From: Eledone cirrhosa
Taxonomy: Eukaryota
Length of the DNA stretch: 64,000 nt
Assembly: GCA_964016885.1 (NCBI GenBank)
Contig: OZ024743.1
Span: 256,990,001 to 257,054,000 of the forward strand
Reading direction: 5' to 3'
A program made the position numbers and the translations under genes. Each line of letters opens with the position of its first letter. Positions within the stretch are counted from its first letter, which is position 1. Of this stretch, positions 61,201 through 64,000 are shown piece by piece. The notes below the pieces were generated by a model. That model was not told where the DNA came from and searched no databases. It saw nothing but the letters and a program-made list of their open reading frames with translations.

Positions 61201-64000
61201 ACAAGTATCAGGTGAGCACTCGATGTTTAGGTTCACGTCAGTATCGAGGTGTAGAGCCAGACAGAGTGTAATATAATAATACAAGGATCAGGTGAGCACT
61301 CGATGTTTAGGTTCACGTCAGTATCAAGGTGTAGAGCCAGACAGAGTGTAATATAATAATACAAGGATCAGGTGAGCACTCGATGTTTAGGTTCTCGTCA
61401 GTATCAAGGTGTAGAGCCAGACAGAGTGTAATATAGTAATACAAGGATCAGCTGAGCACTCGATGTTTAGGTTCACGTCAGTATCAAGGTGTAGAGCCAG
61501 ACAGAGTGTAATATAATAATACAAGGATCAGCTGAGCACTCGATGTTTAGGTACACGTTAGTATCGAGGTGTAGAGCCAGACAGAGTGTAATATAATAAT
61601 ACAAGGATCAGGTGAGCACTCGATGTTTAGGTTCACGTCAGTATCAAGGTGTAGAGCCAGACAGAGTGTAATATAATAATAAAAGGATCAGCTGAGCACA
61701 CGATGTTTAGGTTCACGTCAGTATCAAGGTGTAGAGCCAGACAGAGTGTAATATAATAATACAAGGATCAGGTGAGCACTCGATGTTTAGGTTCTCGTCA
61801 GTATCAAGGTGTAGAGCCAGACAGAGTGTAATATAGTAATACAAGGATCAGCTGAGCACTCGATGTTTAGGTTCACGTCAGTATCAAGGTATAGAGCCAA
61901 ACAGAGTGTAATATAATAATACAAGGATCAGCTGAGCAATCGATGTTTAGGTACACGTTAGTATCGAGGTGTAGAGCCAGACAGAGTGTAATATAATAAT
62001 AAAAGGATCAGCTGAGCATTCGATGTTTAGGTTCACGTCAGTATCAAGGTGTAGAGCCAGACAGAGTGTAATATAATAATACAAGGATCAGGTGAGCACT
62101 CGATGTTTAGGTTCACGTCAGTATCAAGGTGTAGAGCCAGACAGAGTGTAATATAATAATACAAGGATCAGGTGAGCACTCGATGTTTAGGTTCACGTTA
62201 GTATCGAGGTGTAGAGCCAGACAGAGTGTAATATAATAATACAAGGATCAGGTGAGCACTCGATGTTTAGGTTCACGTCAGTATCAAGGTGTAGAGCAAG
62301 ACAAAGTGTAATATAATAATAAAAGGATCAGCTGAGCACTCGATGTTTAGGTTCACGTCAGTATCGAGGTGTAGAGCCAGACAGAGTGTAATATAATAAT
62401 ACAAGGATCAGGTGAGCACTCGATGTTTAGGTTCTCGTCAGTATCAAGGTGTAGAGCCAGACAGAGTGTAATATAATAATACAAGGATCAGGTGAGCACT
62501 CGATGTTTAGGTTCTCGTCAGTATCAAGGTGTAGAGCCAGACAGAGTGTAATATAATAATAAAAGGATCAGCTGAGCACTCGATGTTTAGGTTCACGTCA
62601 GTATCGAGGTGTAGAGCCAGACAGAGTGTAATATAATAATACAAGGATCAGGTGAGCACTCGATGTTTAGGTTCTCGTCAGTATCAAGGTGTAGAGCCAG
62701 ACAGAGTGTAATATAATAATAAAAGGATCAGGTGAGCACTCGATGTTTAGGTTCTCGTCAGTATCAAGGTGTAGAGCCAGACAGAGTGTAATATAATAAT
62801 ACAAGGATCAGCTGAGCACTCGATGTTTAGGTTCACGTCAGTATCGAGGTGTAGAGCCAGACAGAGTGTAATATAATAATACAAGGATCAGGTGAGCACT
62901 CGATGTTTAGGTTCACGTCAGTATCGAGGTGTAGAGCCAGACAGAGTGTAATATAATAATACAAGGATCAGCTGAGCACTCGATGTTTAGGTTCACGTCA
63001 GTATCAAGGTGTAGAGCCAGACAGAGTGTAATATAATAATACAAGGATCAGCTGAGCACTCGATGTTTAGGTTCACGTCAGTATCGAGGTGTAGAGCCAG
63101 ACAGAGTGTAATATAATAATACAAGGATCAGCTGAGCACTCGATGTTTAGGTTCACGTCAGTATCGTGGTGTAGAGCCAGAGAGAGTGTAATACAAGGAT
63201 CAGGTGAGCACTCGATGTTTAGGTTCACGTCAGTATCAAGGAGTAGAGCCAGACAGAGTGTAATACAAGGATCAGGTGAGCACTCGATGTTTAGGTTCAC
63301 GTCAGTATCGAGCTGTAGAGCCAGACAGAGTGTAATATAATAATACACGGATCAGGTGAGCACTCGATGTTTAGGTTCACGTCAGTATCAAGGTGTAGAG
63401 CCAGGCAGAGTGTAATATAATAATACAAGGATCAGGTGAGCACTCGATGTTTAGGTTCACGTCAGTATCAAGCTGTAGAGCCAGAGAGATTGTAATACAA
63501 GGATCAGGTGAGCACTCGATGTTTAGGTTCACGTCAGTATCAAGGAGTAGAGCCAGACAGAGTGTAATACAAGGATCAGGTGAGCACTCGATGTTTAGGT
63601 TCACGTCAGTATCAAGGTGTAGAGCCAGACAGAGTGTAATATAATAATTCAAGGATCAGGTGAGCACTCGATGTTTAGGTTCACGTCAGTATCAAGGTGT
63701 AGAGCCAGACAGAGTGTAATATAATAATTCAAGGATCAGGTGAGCACTCGATGTTTAGGTTCACGTCAGTATCAAGGTGTAGAGCCAGACAGAGTGTAAT
63801 ATAATAATTCAAGGATCAGGTGAGCACTCGATGTTTAGGTTCACGTCAGTATCAAGGTGTAGAGCCAGATAGAGTGTAATATAATAATACAAGGATCAGG
63901 TGAGCACTCGATGTTTAGGTTCACGTCAGTATCAAGGTGTAGAGCCAGACAGAGTGTAATATAATAATACAAGAATCAGGTGAGCACTCGATGTTTAGGT
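46286..64000. repeat. 80-bp tandem satellite DNA array (about 220 monomers, continues past the window end)
   Basis: Consensus GGATCAG(G/C)TGAGCACTCGATGTTTAGGTTCACGTCAGTATC(A/G)AGGTGTAGAGCCAGACAGAGTGTAATATAATAATACAA, period 80 bp. Occasional 79-bp and 72-bp variants. Confidence 0.98.

Noticed and set aside
63073-63652. ORFs with 24-aa repeats (CITLCLALHLDTDVNLNIECSPDP), also 49741-49950
   Set aside because: They are open only where 72-bp variants keep frame. The 80-bp monomers shift frame into stops.
46286-64000. CRISPR-like array
   Set aside because: Monomers are contiguous with no unique spacers, there are no cas genes, and the context is eukaryotic.
46286-64000. Splice-like CAG|GTGAG..TTTAG| in each monomer; CENP-B box, Pol III boxes or hammerhead core in the monomer
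   Set aside because: The implied intron is only 19 nt and the donor is lost in CAGCTG variants. CENP-B and A/B-box matches are incomplete. CTGACGA occurs only in a minority variant and has no GAAA partner.

Overview
Gene-poor, AT-rich eukaryotic DNA made almost entirely of repeats. The SINE, LINE and microsatellite types look like an octopus (cephalopod) genome, though this is an inference. Bases 1-46.2 kb are a patchwork of transposable elements embedded in (TA)n/(TAA)n/(CAT)n microsatellites. These include a decayed near-full-length R4/Dong RLE retrotransposon in a (TAA)n tract and a recent 5'-truncated RTE LINE with an uninterrupted 950-aa ORF plus older relatives. There are also Penelope-like remnants with several hammerhead-ribozyme-like motifs, a full-length decayed DD37D Tc1/mariner, Helitron helicase remnants bracketed by two outward-facing Helitron 3' ends, a CRE-like fragment, MITEs and many tRNA-derived SINEs. 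From about 46.25 kb to the window end lies a homogeneous 80-bp satellite array (about 220 monomers) with readable nested higher-order duplications. No host protein-coding gene can be supported. I found no clearly novel system. The best leads are the satellite's higher-order structure and the atypical hammerhead motifs.
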